Assembly: GCF_009914755.1 (NCBI RefSeq)
Contig: NC_060947.1
Strand: one strand, 5' to 3'
Length of the DNA: 64,000 nt
From: the human T2T-CHM13v2.0 reference genome, Homo sapiens
Numbering within the stretch: the stretch's first letter is position 1; every line of letters begins with the position of its first letter. Under the pieces are notes generated by a model, which was given only the letters and a program-made list of their open reading frames with translations, was not told the DNA's origin and made no database searches. This document shows, piece after piece, positions 30,577 to 44,700 of the stretch. The position numbers and the translations under genes are program-made.

Positions 30577-33515
30577 AGAATTTCAATTTGGTTCTTTAGT
30601 ATCTATTTCTTCAGTGATATTCCTTATTTGTTGAGTCATTGTCATAAATTTTCCTTTTAATCTTTTAAATATGGTTTCCTTTAGCTTTTGATCATATTTG
30701 TAATAGCTACTTTGAAGTCTTTGTCTGCTAACTCCAACATCTACACTCATTTAAAGTCATTTTCTTTTGACAGCTTTTTTTTTTTTTCCCAGAGTGTGGG
30801 AAACACTTTCCTATTCTTTTGCATGTCTCATAAGTCTTTGTTGAATGCTGGACATTTTAGGTATTTATGTTGTAGCAATTTTGGATTCTTGAGGTTTTAT
30901 TTTTGTTTGTTTATATATTTTTTCATTAACTTGCTTAGACTATAGAATCTGGCTCTCCTGTAATGTGTAGTATGTGGTCATTGTTCTCTTCGTTCAATTT
31001 TTTTCCTAATTTTTATTTTTATCCTGCATTATTTATATCCTGCCTGTGCTCAATCTGTATAGCTTAGCACTCAGGCAATAATTGGGTAGAGGTTTTGCTT
31101 AGACACTTCAAGCTGTCTGACTCTCACACTCTGTCAGTGAATTTGTGTGTGGGTTGAGAGCACACTTAAAATTCAAGCAGTTTTACGTCTACCTCGGCTT
31201 TTACTCTCCACTGGGCCCTTTCATTTCATCCTGCCAATACACACATTTTCCTAGTCAGTGAAAGATGTGTGGAGAGCTTTTCTTGTACTTCTAAGGTGAT
31301 ATCATTTCCAGAACCATGTCCTTGTGAAATTTGTGGTTGGCTTCTCACTTGCCCTAGAACCTAAGGCTAGCAAGACCGTGGGTTTCTCCCTTTCGTTTTA
31401 TACTGAGTTTGCTACTTTTACTGACAACTTTGCTGAGCATGAGTTTTCTGCTCTGCTTCAGATCAAGTTAGCCCTCTTTGGCAGTGAAGCTGCTGGGTTT
31501 TAGTCTAGACATATACCCTTACAATTACCATTCTCATCTACTGAACCAGACAGTGGGGATGAGAGCAGCCCCAGGCAAGAAGGTCACAAACTCTCATAGT
31601 TCTTGCCTGAAGTTCTGGGAGCTTTTCTTGGATAAGTGCTTTTCTGTTTATTGTTTGCCTTTGGTCACTTTTTGGAGCTCTGAAATGGTTGTTTGTGACC
31701 ATTTTTTCCTAGCTTTATATATGTTTGTTGGTGGCAGAATTTGCCAAAATCTTCACTCTGTCATACATTGAAAGCCCTATGAACCGTAAGGATTTTAAAA
31801 TAAATATGTATGTATGTATGACTTTTTTGTGGTAAACGAAATGATATCCAGCTAATTTAGTGAGCTAATGATGAAAACCTATAAATCAAACAATAAGATA
31901 ATTGAAATTGATAAAGATTTAAATTAGAAAGTAAATTCAATATCAAGTTTCAGGAGAAGAAACGTTTAAGAAGCTTCTGAAAAAAAACTATCTCAGGTGC
32001 TCTCTTATGAGGTTTGCTCTAAAGGGTACAGGCATCATACACTATATGACCATGCATAATCAGAATTTAATTATGTTTTAAAAATCAGAGCTAGAAGAGA
32101 CCTTAGGTGTTCTCTCATCCAGTGGTCCCCAAATACTGGGCTGTAGATTATTGGGGCCTTTGGGACCTGTGAAAATGTTTTCTCTAATCTATAGCACAAT
32201 TAAAAAAAAGTAACAATTTAACATGCTTTTCATAAAGCTAAATCTGTTTAATTTAAAGGACTACATTTTAGCCAACTTAACATTTTCTTCCTACATCTTG
32301 ATATTAAAATATTCCTTCTATTCTGTGAAATGCTGGTAATAGAAGAATATACATATCATAGTCTTATTTAGCAAAATTATTTTTTTTTCACTGCATGTTA
32401 TTCTCTAGCATTTTGAAAATTCACTGCAGCTTCTGATAAATTACATGCTTTTCTCAATTTTACTGTTTTTTTAGTGTAAAAAATATCATTTTTATGATAA
32501 AATATAGTTTATTCTTCATGAGAAAGGCTTTTTATATAACTAACAGGAAAATGAATTACTGCTTTCCCTTTTGTGTAATTTGGCTATTTGAATTAATTTT
32601 TTACCAGTTTTCTGAATGATAAAACCTTGTTTGGGCTGGGGAAAAATTCATCCATAGCTCTTAAATCTTTCTGTCTTAAATCAATTTAGCAATAATTTTT
32701 ATAATGAGCAATCTAGAATAATGTTCATATAATTTTTTATGATCTTATCACAAAACTTGTATTCTAAAGATCCAGAGCTTTGTATGCATATGCAAGGGAT
32801 TTATATACCATGTCATTTTTCTTATATTGTATGATAAGCAACCAGCTCGTTCTTAACTCTGTCAGTTCATCCTGTGTCCTGGAAATACATGAGCTCTGCT
32901 CTGTTGGAGTCACATTTATTCATTAATAATCTTTAAATGAGTGATTTGCTGGTGTCAGCTTCATTGGTCCAGATATAAGAGATAGGAAGGTGAGTATGGA
33001 ACACTCAAGCAAGAGAGAAAGCAAAAGTTTCCAGTGAACTGATAAGTGCTACCAGGGAGGATGTGCAAAGGGTCAAGTAAGTTCGGATGACAGAAACATT
33101 AACATTGGACAGTTCAAGGGAGGCATCTGTGAGGAGGTGACCAGTTTGAGCTGGATTTTGAATAATGAGTGTGGTTTTCTATGCCACTCTTCTAGTGTCA
33201 GACACTAATCAAGTCACTTAAACATTTCAGGTCCCAACTATCTAAGTCTTAGGTCTAAAGTTCTGCTCTTTCAGATCAGTGCAGGTCCGACTATTTTATT
33301 AGATCAATAATACATAGAAAGTTATGATCTCATGTATCATAGGCTCTCTGAATTTGCCTTAAGAAGCACAATAAGGGCTTCTCTTTGCCAGTTTCCTGAG
33401 AAAATGCTATGGAAATGAAAGTATTCTTTTTAATTAGCGATTATTAATCTGCTTGGTTATAATAATAATAGCAAATACAGACATCATTTACTATGTATTA
33501 GAAAATGTGCTAAAC

Positions 33516-33845
33516 TAGGGATTGGCAAACTTTTGCCTGTGGGCCAAATCTGACTCATTGCTTGTTTTTGGATGGCCCACAATCTAACGATGTCTTTTAA
33601 CATTTTTAAATCTTGAAAAAGGAATAAGAATATTTATTGACATTTGGAAATTATATAAAATTCAAATTTGTGTCCATAAATAAATGTTTATTGGAACACA
33701 ACCATGCTCATTCATTTACATATTGTCCGTGGGTTGCTTTCGTGCTAAAATGGCAGAACTGAGTAGTTTCAACAGAGACCACATGGCCTACAAAGCCTGA
33801 AATTTTATTATCTGTTTCTTTATGGAAAAGGTTTGCAAGCCCCAC
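33516..33845. mobile_element. MER58B (hAT-Charlie)
   Basis: AGGGATTGGCAAACTTTTGCCTGTGGGCCAAATC...TTTATTGGAACACAACCATGCTCATTCATTTAC...AAAAGGTTTGC. Confidence 0.85.
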
Positions 33846-34844
33846 ATGATAATGAATCATTTTGAGGCCTAAGTTGAAGGTATTTCTCTCCAAATATGTT
33901 TGATGTTTACTTCCGGGATTACTACTAATGGGAAGCCATCTTTTATTACTTACTTCTTGGGGTGGGCTTTTCAAGGTTGTTTTTCCTTTGCATCCTGGGG
34001 CATTAGCAATAGGTAACCATTTTAAATTATTCACTCATTCCTTGGCTTTGAGGCTCCTAGATAATATCAATATTGAAATCTGAACCCAAAACCCATATGA
34101 GAGCTGGTCTGTGATTTTAAATTGCAGAGGAAGTCTTCCATTTTCCCCTGCAAGAGCCCATGTTGAGATGGATACATTACCCTGATTTTCTTGGCTAGTA
34201 TGGGGATTATTTTTCCCAAGTCTATCCTTTTGCTGAAGTGTGTATAGTTCTCCAAGGATCCTTAGCAAGAGAAAAAATGAACTCAGAATTGAGATTTAAG
34301 AATGGGACAGAAGATGAAAAAAATCACTGAACAGGTAGATAAATCTAAATATTATGACTATATGAGACAATGTAAATGCCCAAATTTTAGAGGCAAAAAA
34401 AGCAAGAGTAAAATAAATTAATGAGCTTCAGTGACACGTAAAACAGATGGGGGTATTTTCAGAGTTAAATTGCTCTAAGTTTCCTGTATTCTCTGGAAGA
34501 AGTAGACATGTCCATTAGTTTGGGACAAATAAGCTTTAAGTCAAAAATTATTATTAGGGATAAAGTAGACCACTACGCAATGAAAAAAGCTACAAAGATA
34601 CGCACATTCTAAACCTTTATGATAAAGTAAGAATATAATCTTGAATATAAAAAGGACTGTTTAGAGTCACAAGGAGAAACCAACAAATTCATGGTGAGAA
34701 GAATTAATACACTATTCTTGGTAAATGTTCCATTTACCAAAATTGACCAAGAAATAAGTCTCAGCAAATTTTCAAATATTAGTATCATCTGGACCACATT
34801 CTTCAACCATGATGCAATAAAGTTCGAAATCAGTAACAAACATT

Positions 34845-35793
34845 GTGTAAGGAAAAACTCACCACGTTTTTTTCTCTGCTCTGATACCACCGCAGAGGTC
34901 ATCAACACAGAAGACTTCTGTGACCAAACATGTGCGTGTTTTTCCCCACATGCCAAGCAGCTGGGTGTCCTCCAATTAAATTCTGACACTATCTACCTGG
35001 AGGTAGTGTCAGATCCCCACCGCTTGAGGGCTCATTCCCCAAGACTGCCCCCGACCCCCAGACACCAGTCGTGAGTCTGGGCTTCCAGAACATCTGACCA
35101 ACCTGCATCAAGTTGGGGTTCCCTCAGCCCCCTCTTTGGGTTTGATTAATTTGCTGAAGCAGCTCACAGAAATCAGGGAAACATACTTACAGGTTTGTTA
35201 TGAAAGATATTACAAAGGATACAGATGAAGACATGTGAAGGGTGAGGGATGGGGGAAGGGGCATGGGAATGTCCACACCCTCCCTGGGCACACCACCCTC
35301 CAGTAACCCTCAAGTGTTCAGCTATCTGGAAGTTCTTTGAACTCTGTCCTCTTGGGTTTCTATAGAGGCTTCATTACACAGGCATGATTGATGAAACCAT
35401 TGGCTATTTGTGATGAACTTGACCTTCAGTCTCTGTTCCCTCCTTGGAAAGTCTGAAAGTCCCAACTCTCTAATCCTGCCTTGATCTTTCCTGTGACCAG
35501 CCCCACTCTGAACCTATCAAACAAAAGATCCACAGAACTTTGGATATCCCAAAGGTTTTAGGAGTTACAAGCCAGGAACTGTGAGTGAAAACCAATATAT
35601 AACCATATATATGGTTATGTATAAATATTTATACATGGTTATATATATATATAGTTGTGTATATATGGTTATATATATGGTTATATATGTGTTTTTATAT
35701 ATGTAATTATAGATATGTGATTATATATGTGGCTACATATATGTATGGTTATATATATGGTTTATATATGGTTGTATATATCATAATACCACA
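34845..35793 (-). mobile_element. MER21-family LTR with an internal AT-rich expansion
   Basis: AATTCTGACACTATCTACCTGGAGGTAGTGTCAGATCCC...ATTACAAAGGATACAGATGAAGA; terminus TCATAATACCACA. Confidence 0.85.
35595..35782. repeat. Degenerate (ATATATGGTT)n / (TA)n array
   Basis: Seen directly. Confidence 0.85.
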
Positions 35794-36049
35794 CATATAT
35801 AAAGTACATATAACACCACAAACATATAAGAAAAAGTACCTGTGAACTTGAAAATTAAAGAAGAAATTATAATAGAATTATAAAATATTTGTAATTAAAC
35901 AATGATAAAACAATACTGTATTTCAGAACTTATGATATGTAGCTAAAGTTCTCAGAGAAAAATTTATAACCCTAAATTCTTAGATTAATAAACACAAGAA
36001 ATCCAAAAAAATTAAAGAGCGTATATGTGTGTGTACATACCAATTTTTA

Positions 36050-38068
36050 AAAATAATTTCAGCTTTTATTTTAGATTCAGATTCAGGGAGTACATGTGCA
36101 GGTTTGTTACCTGAGTATTTTGTGTGATACTGAGGTTTGGGATGTCAGTGATCCCATCACCCAGATAGTGAGCATAGTACCAACAGTTTTTCAACCCTTA
36201 CCTCCCTCTCTCCCCACTTCTAATAGTCTCCAGTTCTATTTTTGCCATCTTTATGTTCATGTGTACCCGATGTTTAGCTCCCACTTATAAGTGAGATCAT
36301 GCAGTATTTGGTTGTCTGTGCCTGTGTTAGTTCACTTAGGATAATGGCCTCCAGCTGTCCATGCTGCTGCAAAGGACATGTTTTTATTCTTTTTTATAGC
36401 TGCATAGTATTCCATGACGTATACGTATGTACCACATTTTCTTTATCCAATCCACTGTTGACAGGCACCTAGGTTGATTCTATGTCTTTGCTATTGTTAA
36501 TAGTGCAGCAATGAACATGTGAGTGCATTTGTCTTTTGAGTAGAACAATTTGTTTTCTTTTGGATATATACCCAGTAATGGGATTGCTGGGTTGAATGGT
36601 AGTTCTGTTTTAAGTTCTTTGAGAAATCTCCAAACTTCTTTTCACAATGGCTGCACTAATTTACATTCCCACCGGTGGTGTATAAGCATTCCCTTTGCTT
36701 CACAGCCTCACCAGCATCTGTTGTTTTTTGACTTTTTAATAATAGCTGTTCTGGCCGGTATGATATAGTATCTCATTGTGGTTTAGGTTTTCATTTCTCT
36801 GGTTATTAGTGATGTGGATCTCATTTTTTCATATATTTGTTGGCCACTTGTTTGTCTTTTTTGAGAAGTGTCTGTCATGTCTTTTGCCCACGTTTTTGTT
36901 TTTTGCTTGTTGCATTGTTTAAGTTCCTTATAGATTCTGGATATTAGACCATTGTCAGATGCATAGTTTGCAAATATTTTCTCCCATTCTGTAGGTTATC
37001 TGTTTATTCTGCTGATAGTTTCTTTTGCTGTGCAGAAAGTCTTTAGTTTAATTAGGCCCCACTTTTTTGTTTTTGTTACAATTGCTTTTGAGGACTTAGT
37101 CATAAATTTTTTTCCAAGGCTGAAAATGACCAGAAAGGTGTTTCCAAGTTTTTCTTCTAGGTTCTTATAGTTTGAGGTCTTATATCTAAGTCTTTAATCC
37201 ATCTTGAGTTAATTTTTGTATATAGTAAAAAGTATGGGTACAGTTTCATTCATCTGCATATGGCTAGCCAGTTATGCCAGCACTATTTACTGAATAGGGA
37301 GTCCTTTCTACACCACTTATTTTTGTTGACTTTGTTGAAGATCAGATGGCGGTAGGTGTGTGACATTATTTCTGGATTCTCTATTTTGTTCCATTGGTCT
37401 ATGTGTCTATTTTTGTACCAGTACCATGCTGTTTTGGTTACTGCAGCCTTATAGTATAGTTTAAAGTTGGATAATGTGATGCCTCCCACTTTATTCTTTT
37501 TGCTTAGGATTGCTTTGTCTATTCAGGCTCTTTTTTGGTTACATATGAATTTTAGAATTTTTTTTCTAATTCTGTAAAAAAATGAAATTGGTAGTTTAAT
37601 AGGAATATCATTGAATCTGTAGATTTCTTTGGGCAGTATGGCCATTTTAACAATATTGATTTTTTCAATCCATTAGTGTGGAATGTTTTTCCACTTGTTT
37701 GTGTAATCTATGATTTCTTTCAGCAATGTTTTGTGATTCTCCTGGTAGAGATGTTTTACCTCCTTCGTTAGATGTCTTCCTAGGTATTTTATTTTTTTGT
37801 GTGGCTGTTGTAAATAGATTGCATTCTTGATTTGGCTCTCAGTGTGAATGTTATTGGTGTAGAAAAATGCTACTGATTTTTGTGCATTGATTTTGAATCC
37901 TGAAACTTTACTGAAGTCGTTTATCAGTTCTCCAAACCTTTTGGCAGAGTCTTAAGGGTTTCCTAGGTATAGAGTCATATTATCAGCAGAGAGAAATGGT
38001 TTTTCTTCTCTTCCTATTTGGATGCCTTTTATTTCTTTATCTTGCCTGATTGCTCTGGCTAGGACTTC
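36050..38068 (-). mobile_element. L1PA15/16-like LINE, about 2 kb of the 3' end
   Basis: L1PA 3' UTR plus ORF2 remnant [40 protein letters not shown] (37283-37489). Confidence 0.92.
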
Positions 38069-39113
38069 ACACATACTGATGTTGAAGTCAATGATGGACT
38101 GCCTGTATGACGGTGGTCCTATAAGATTATAATGGAGCTGAAAAATTCCTGTTGCCTAGTATTTACTATACTATTTACTATTATTTTAGAATGTATTCCT
38201 TCTGCTTATAAAAAAGAAAGTTAATGGTAAAAAGAGCCTTAGGCAAATCCTTCAGGAGGTATTGCAGAAGAAGGCATTGTTATCATAGAAGATGACAGCG
38301 CCATGTATGTTGTTTCCCCTGAAAACCTGCCAGTGGGACAAGTTGGGAAGGTGAAAGACAATGATAGTGATGATTCTGACCCATCGTAGGCTTAGGCTAA
38401 TGTGTATATTTGTGTCTTCATTTTTAATAAAAAAAGTTTAAAAAGAAAACAGTATTAAAATAGAAAAAAGTTTATAGAATAAGAATATAACAAGAAAATA
38501 TTTTGTACAGCTCTACAATGTGTTTCTGTGTTAAGTGTCAAAAAGTTAAAGTTTAAAGCTAAGAGTCAAAACATTAAAAAATTTAAAGTTTATAAAGTAA
38601 AATATACAGTAAGCTAAGGTTCTAAGGTTAATTTATTGAAGAAAGAAAAGTATTTTTTAAATAAATTCAGTGTAGCCTAAGTGTATCATGTTTATAAAGT
38701 TTACAGTAGTGTACAGTAATGTCCCAGGATTTCACATTTAGTCACCACTCACTCACTGACTGACCCAGAACAACTTCCAGTCCTGCAGGCTCCATTCATA
38801 GTAAGTGCTCTATATAGATATACCAATTTTTATTATTTTATTCCATATTTTACTGTACCTTTTCTATGGTTAAATATGTTTAGATACACACATACTTAGC
38901 ATTGTGCTGCAATTGCCTACATATTTAGTATAGTAGCATGCTGTACAGGTTTGTTGCCTAGGAACAATAGGTTATATCATATAACCGAGGTGTGAATTAG
39001 GCTATAGCATGTAGATTTGTGTAAGTACAATCTATGATGTTTGCACAATAATGAAATCCCCTAATGACACATTTCTCAGAATGTTTCCCTGTTGTTAAGC
39101 AACACATGACTGT
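38069..39113. mobile_element. Tigger3b/MER7-type (TcMar-Tigger) DNA transposon
   Basis: GACGGTGGTCCTATAAGATTATAATGGAGCTG...ATTTCTCAGAATGTTTCCCTGTTGTTAAGCAACACATGACTG followed by TA. Confidence 0.9.
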
Positions 39114-39274
39114 ATATGTGTATATAAGATAGTCTTTTCAAAGAACAAAATTTGGTTTTATTGATTTTTTCTATCATTTTTTGTTTTCCATTTCTTTTTT
39201 ACCCTATTAGTTGTTTCTAATTTTGAGGGGTTTATTCTAACAGCTGAACTGGAATGCTTAGCTTTTTAACTTTT

Positions 39275-39880
39275 AGGTGGGCATACAAAGTGATACAGTT
39301 ACCTTAGAGAGTAATGTGGCAGTATCTAGTAAAGCCAAAGATGTTTATATCCTAGTGCCAAAAAATAGTTCCAATCATACTTAAACACAGTTCATATTTG
39401 TGCACAAATAAAAAAAGAGTTGTACAAGATGTTTATATTAACATCATAAGAACCAAATATTACAAACGACCTAAGTAGCCATTAAGAGGAGAATGGATAG
39501 ATAAATTGTGATACATTACTACAATGAAACACACACAGCAGGGAGGATGAATGAGCCAGAGCTCCATGTATTAATATAGATAGCTTCCATGTTGAATGAC
39601 ATAAAGCACATTGCATAAAGATACATACAGGCTAATACCATGTATATGAAGTTTAAAATCATGCAAAACAGTACTATGTATGTTTATAGGATACATGTCT
39701 ATGTAGTAAAAAGTATAAAGGTGTTCATGGGAATGATAAACAACAAATTCAGAATAATGCAACTTTAGAGAGTGTAGAGAGAAGTACATACAGAGAAATA
39801 TGTTTGTAATATTTTATTTAGATGGGTGATGAGTACATAAGTATTTTTAATCATAAATGTTTTACTTTTTTGGGTATCCA
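39275..39880 (+). mobile_element. L1ME-like 3' fragment
   Basis: GGCAGTATCTAGTAAAG...GAGAATGGATAGATAAATTGTG...AAACAACAAATTCAGAATA. Confidence 0.7.
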
Positions 39881-41613
39881 AGGTAGCAACGGAAACATTA
39901 CTACATGAGGTATATACTAATTGAGAAGGAAAACTCTTAGATAAAACCTTTTATGATGATAGTAGTGGGGAAATGTGGGCATTTCAAAGGTAGTAAGATA
40001 ATTTTTAATTGTTTGATCAGGTACAAAGTGTAAAAAATATAATAAATTAGAATACTTTATATTCCAACTTCATAAGCTTCAGTTTTATCTGTTTTAGCTT
40101 GAACTTACTTGAAGCTTTTTACTCAGAAGTACAAAATAAGATAACATTGAGAAAGCTAAAACATTGTGTCCTTTTCTTTGCATTGCATTTGAAGCTTGAA
40201 AAATAGAGTTGTTTAAAATTGTAATGATCTTAGAGATGACTTGGTCCAATTCTCCCACCCCCTCCTTTTATAAATGTCACAGTGATACAATCATCCATCC
40301 ATTCACCCTCCATCCATCTGTTTATTCAACCAATAAATGCCCAATATTGTGTCAATCATTGGGGTGGTTGAAGTGATGACAAAGAAAGAAACCATGGTCC
40401 CTTTCCTACAAGTCTAGAAGAAAGAACTTTAGGGAAGAAAACAGTCACATAACCGTATGGGTAGAGATATATTACAAATGCTTCAGAAGCACAGAAGAGG
40501 GAAGTAATAACTTGGTCAGTGGAGGTACTTTTCAGCTGTGTTTACTGTAGAGATTATAAAATATTTATTTTTATTAAATGGAGCCAGCAATTTTATTACT
40601 CATTTGGACATATTTTAAGGTATACCTCAAAGATATTTTTAATTTTTTAACCATATGAGATATGTCTAATAAACATGGCAATAAGGTCCAATGGCATTCG
40701 GCCTTTTACATGTATTGTGCCAAATAAAGACACCAAGATTTTACCAGGCTCCTTATTCTTGAGGTTATTTCTGCTAGTCAGGAGTAGAGTCAAATGAGCT
40801 CTTTGTAAATCACTGTGTCAGATTTATAGAGAAAGGAAGCTTGTAAAAGTGTTTCTTGTGGTCATTAAATGCCCTTTGTTTTCTGCCTAGAGCTTGCTAT
40901 ATTGATGGTCTAACCAACATATCCAAGAAATTTATGGGGTTGTAGTTTTGATCTCACTCAGTGAGAGAGTCAGAAGGGAGTAGGGAAGAGAGGGCATTTG
41001 AGTACTCAGTGTCTTTACAGTATTCCCACAAATAAAATGCTTGGTGTTTGTATGAGTGGGCAAAGGAATATATACTTAAAGCCCTGAGTTGAAAACCGAA
41101 AATACATAAACTCTGTCATGTTGTTAGTTCTGTCACTCTGCGACATTGGGCAAATCAATCAGCCATTCCAAAGCAATCATTAAGTATGCAGGTCTCTTTA
41201 TCTGCTTTATCCCCACGGCCATTCAGTTACCATACAGGCAGGGCTTTTCCTAATATTTTGTGTCTCAAAAAAAAAAGTTTGACTATTGACTTACAATTGA
41301 GCTTTTCCTAAGTCTCTTATTTAGTAAGCATTCTCTCAATTACCTTATTTTAAACAATCACCACCAACAAAAAGGGACCTGTAATAAATTAGCAACAATT
41401 TCCTAATATTATCAACATAAATATGGCCGTATTTAAGGCCAAGAACCAAGCTATCAAGGAAGGTTGAGGAGTGTTTAAGGGAAATTAAAAGATTAGTCTG
41501 AGAGTAGTCAACATACAGTGTATTCTAAACTTGGATCACGCTCTCTCTAGCTAAATTATGACATATTGCAAGATTTGGGATTCTTGTGAAACACTGTTAA
41601 AAATTGAATTTAA

Positions 41614-42153
<540 letters not shown>

Positions 42154-42290
42154 TCAATCGAGGCCTGCACATCACATATGAAAAAAAGGGAAAAGAAAAC
42201 TTTTAGGTGAACAACTGAATTGTGGCCAGTTCTTAAGCCTCTTCAAAATCTCTCAGTGATGACACCTGGGAAACAAAGGTAAATAGCCAC

Positions 42291-42824
42291 TGTAGGGGAA
42301 GAAAAATATATTTTCCTCACCTTTATGACAAAAGACAGATTAACAAGAGAAAAGCATACAAATTTATTTAATATAACTTTTATGTGACATGGGAGCCATT
42401 ATAAGAAAACAAAGACCTAAAGAAATGGTTAAACTTGTATATTTTTGTGCTGGGTTTCATGAAGAGTATACAGTTATGGAGAAATATAACTGGACAAAGA
42501 GTGCATGATCTAATGGTAATAAACTGGGGAAATTTAGCAAGGCCTGTCTATTCTGATTCTTCTCTTTATGCTATGTCTTCAGAGATAAAGATGTTCCTTT
42601 CCACTGGGAATAGAGAGGGCGCCTCTCGTATGAGGGTTTCATGAGGGTTTTACAGTCTGCTTTAGGGAAAAGTCAAAACCCTTCCTAGGTTTTATGACCT
42701 GCTCCAGAGGAGATGAGTGGTGTTTGGGGAGAGGGGAGGTGAGAGTGGCCTTTCTACTTCTGCAGTTTTCTTAAATTCTTTCAGCTTAAAATATTTTGGG
42801 GGTAGTGTGTCCTAAACCCCATCA
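42291..42824 (-). mobile_element. MER34-group ERV1 solo LTR
   Basis: AAAAGACAGATTAACAAGAGAAAAGCATACAAATTTATT; reverse strand starts TGATGGGGTTTAGGACACACTACCCCCAAAATA. Confidence 0.8.
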
Positions 42825-43391
42825 GCCAATCAATTCCAATTATGGGCTTCAGGGTGAGGGGCCGTCAGCATTTGCAGATCCACAGATAATGGTTTAAAGG
42901 ACAAGCAGGTGGGGAAAGGTGGCAGATAGATACCTCCTATAGGCCAGCACCTCCCTCTGCTCCTTGGACTGGTCTTCAGTGTTATGACTGGTGTTTGAGT
43001 CATCATGGCACCTCACAACTTTGCTTAGTTTCCTAAACATTCAATTGATATGAACACCCCTGACCCCCCATTCTCATTACCCACATCTTCTCTTTCCATT
43101 TTCCTTCCATATAACTTACTAATTTATTTTGTTTGTTGTTTAAGCCTTTGCCTCTTCTCTCTAGAATGTAATTTCCCTTAGGGCATTAATCTTTGTCTGG
43201 TCACTCCTTTCATTTTGGCCAAAAACTGGTCAGGAAATATTTGTTGAATTAAGTTTAACTAACTCTGGCAAGATGAACATAAAATGGTTATTTTATTTGG
43301 AACAAATATTACTCCTGAAAAGCAAATGGAAAGGAAGTGTATATCAATTTTTTTAAGTAATCTAAAATAAAATGTTTAAAAAAATTTTTTT

Positions 43392-43492
43392 AAGACTAGT
43401 CAAATTCAGTGGTGAGAAGCGGGGAAAGGGTAGAACAAGGAGTTTAATCTGTGAACAGTCAATTGAGATAATTCATTACCTTTGGGCCAGCC
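43392..43492 (-). pseudogene. Y1 RNA (RNY1-derived) retropseudogene
   Basis: Reverse strand GGCTGGCCCAAAGGTAATGAATTATCTCAATTGACTGTTCACAG...CTCCTTGTTCTAC...TTGACTAGTCTT plus a short A tail; matches hY1. Confidence 0.93.
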
Positions 43493-43559
43493 AAAACATG
43501 TCTGATATAAAAAAATTATTATAGAAGTGTGATGTGACAAGTCAGTTTATTAATATGTA

Positions 43560-43710
43560 GATGTTTCCAATGATAAGTATGTGAGGTGAGGAATCTGTTA
43601 ATTAGCTTGATTTAATTATTTCACAACATACACATACATCAAAACATCACATTGTACACTGTAAATAAATAGTTTTGTTAATTATATCCTAATAAAGCTG
43701 GGGGATAAAT
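43560..43710 (+). mobile_element. L1MA/MB 3' terminal fragment
   Basis: GTGAGGTGA...GTTAATTAGCTTGATT...CATCAAAACATCACATTGTACAC...AATAAAGCTGG. Confidence 0.75.
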
Positions 43711-43812
43711 TATTTTTAAAAATCTCTTTGCCTGAGCTAACTCAATGAAGATAAGAGTTTGCCTGCTTTGGGTCGGTTTCTGAAGGTTTTTGGAGTGAAC
43801 CAGAGAATGAGT

Positions 43813-44220
43813 TGATACGATTTGGATGTTTGCCTCCTCCAAATCTCATGTTGACATATAATCCACAATGTTGGAGGTGGGGCCTAATGAGAGGTGTCTG
43901 GATCATGGAGGTGGAATCCTCATGGCCTGGTACTTTTCTTGTGATAGTGAGTGAATTCTCACGAGATCCAGTTGTTTAACAGTGTGTGGCACCTCCCTGC
44001 ACCCCTCTCTTGCACCTACTCTTGTCATTTGAGACACCTGCTCCCCCTTTGCCTTCTGCCGTGATTGGAGGCTTCCTGAGGCCTCACCAGAAGCCAGGCA
44101 GATGCTGGTGCCATGTTTCTTGTACAACCTGCAGAACCACGTGCCAATTAAACCTATTTTCTTTATACATTACCTAGCCTCAGGTATTTCTTTATAACAA
44201 TGCAAGAACAGCCTAACATG
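43813..44220 (+). mobile_element. MSTA-like MaLR solo LTR
   Basis: TGATACGATTTGGATG...CAAATCTCATGTTGA...GCCTCACCAGAAGCC...CAATTAAACCT...CTCAGGTATTTCTTTATA. Confidence 0.9.
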
Positions 44221-44700
44221 TGGCTAGAGGAAAATGAGGCCTAAGGGTTTGAATCATGGGGGAGACTGCTTATAATAGGCCACATCTATCTTTTAGTTCA
44301 TAAAAGGCCACAGGTCAGGAAGAAGCATGTCCAACTAGAGAGGATGGAGGGTAATATGATGTTTCTGGGTGATAGGACTTAAATCTGATTTCATGTCTGC
44401 AATATGGATAATTAGACATTTTAGAAATTAGATTAGAAATGAGACACTTAAAACGATAAGTATTCTGTTTGTTTGGGCCTTGTGGGTACAGAATTCATAG
44501 GAGTTATAGTGAATAAAATAAAGGTAAAATTTCCCAAGTTCCTCCTCCTCCTCATTTTTTCTCCCCAAGTATTATCTTCTGTTAGCAGATTGATTTTTTA
44601 TACTTTATTTTTTAAATTTTTACAAAGTTTGTATTTTTCAAACCATTTTATGTGTACAAACTAAAAATTTGTACATAATATTTAAAAAATAAAATATCAT

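Larger units (their letters stand above)
34290..36010 (+). mobile_element. Old L1M endonuclease-region fragments interrupted by a MER21 LTR
   Basis: CATTTACCAAAATTGACC...ACCACATTCTTCAACCATGATGCAATAAAG; resumes at about 35830 with CAGAACTTATGATATGTAGCTAAAG. Confidence 0.6.

Noticed and set aside
37283-37489. Recognisable L1 ORF2 peptide (also 17383-17698, 18063-18269, 26268-26465)
   Set aside because: Short remnants of truncated, disrupted L1 copies; not functional CDS
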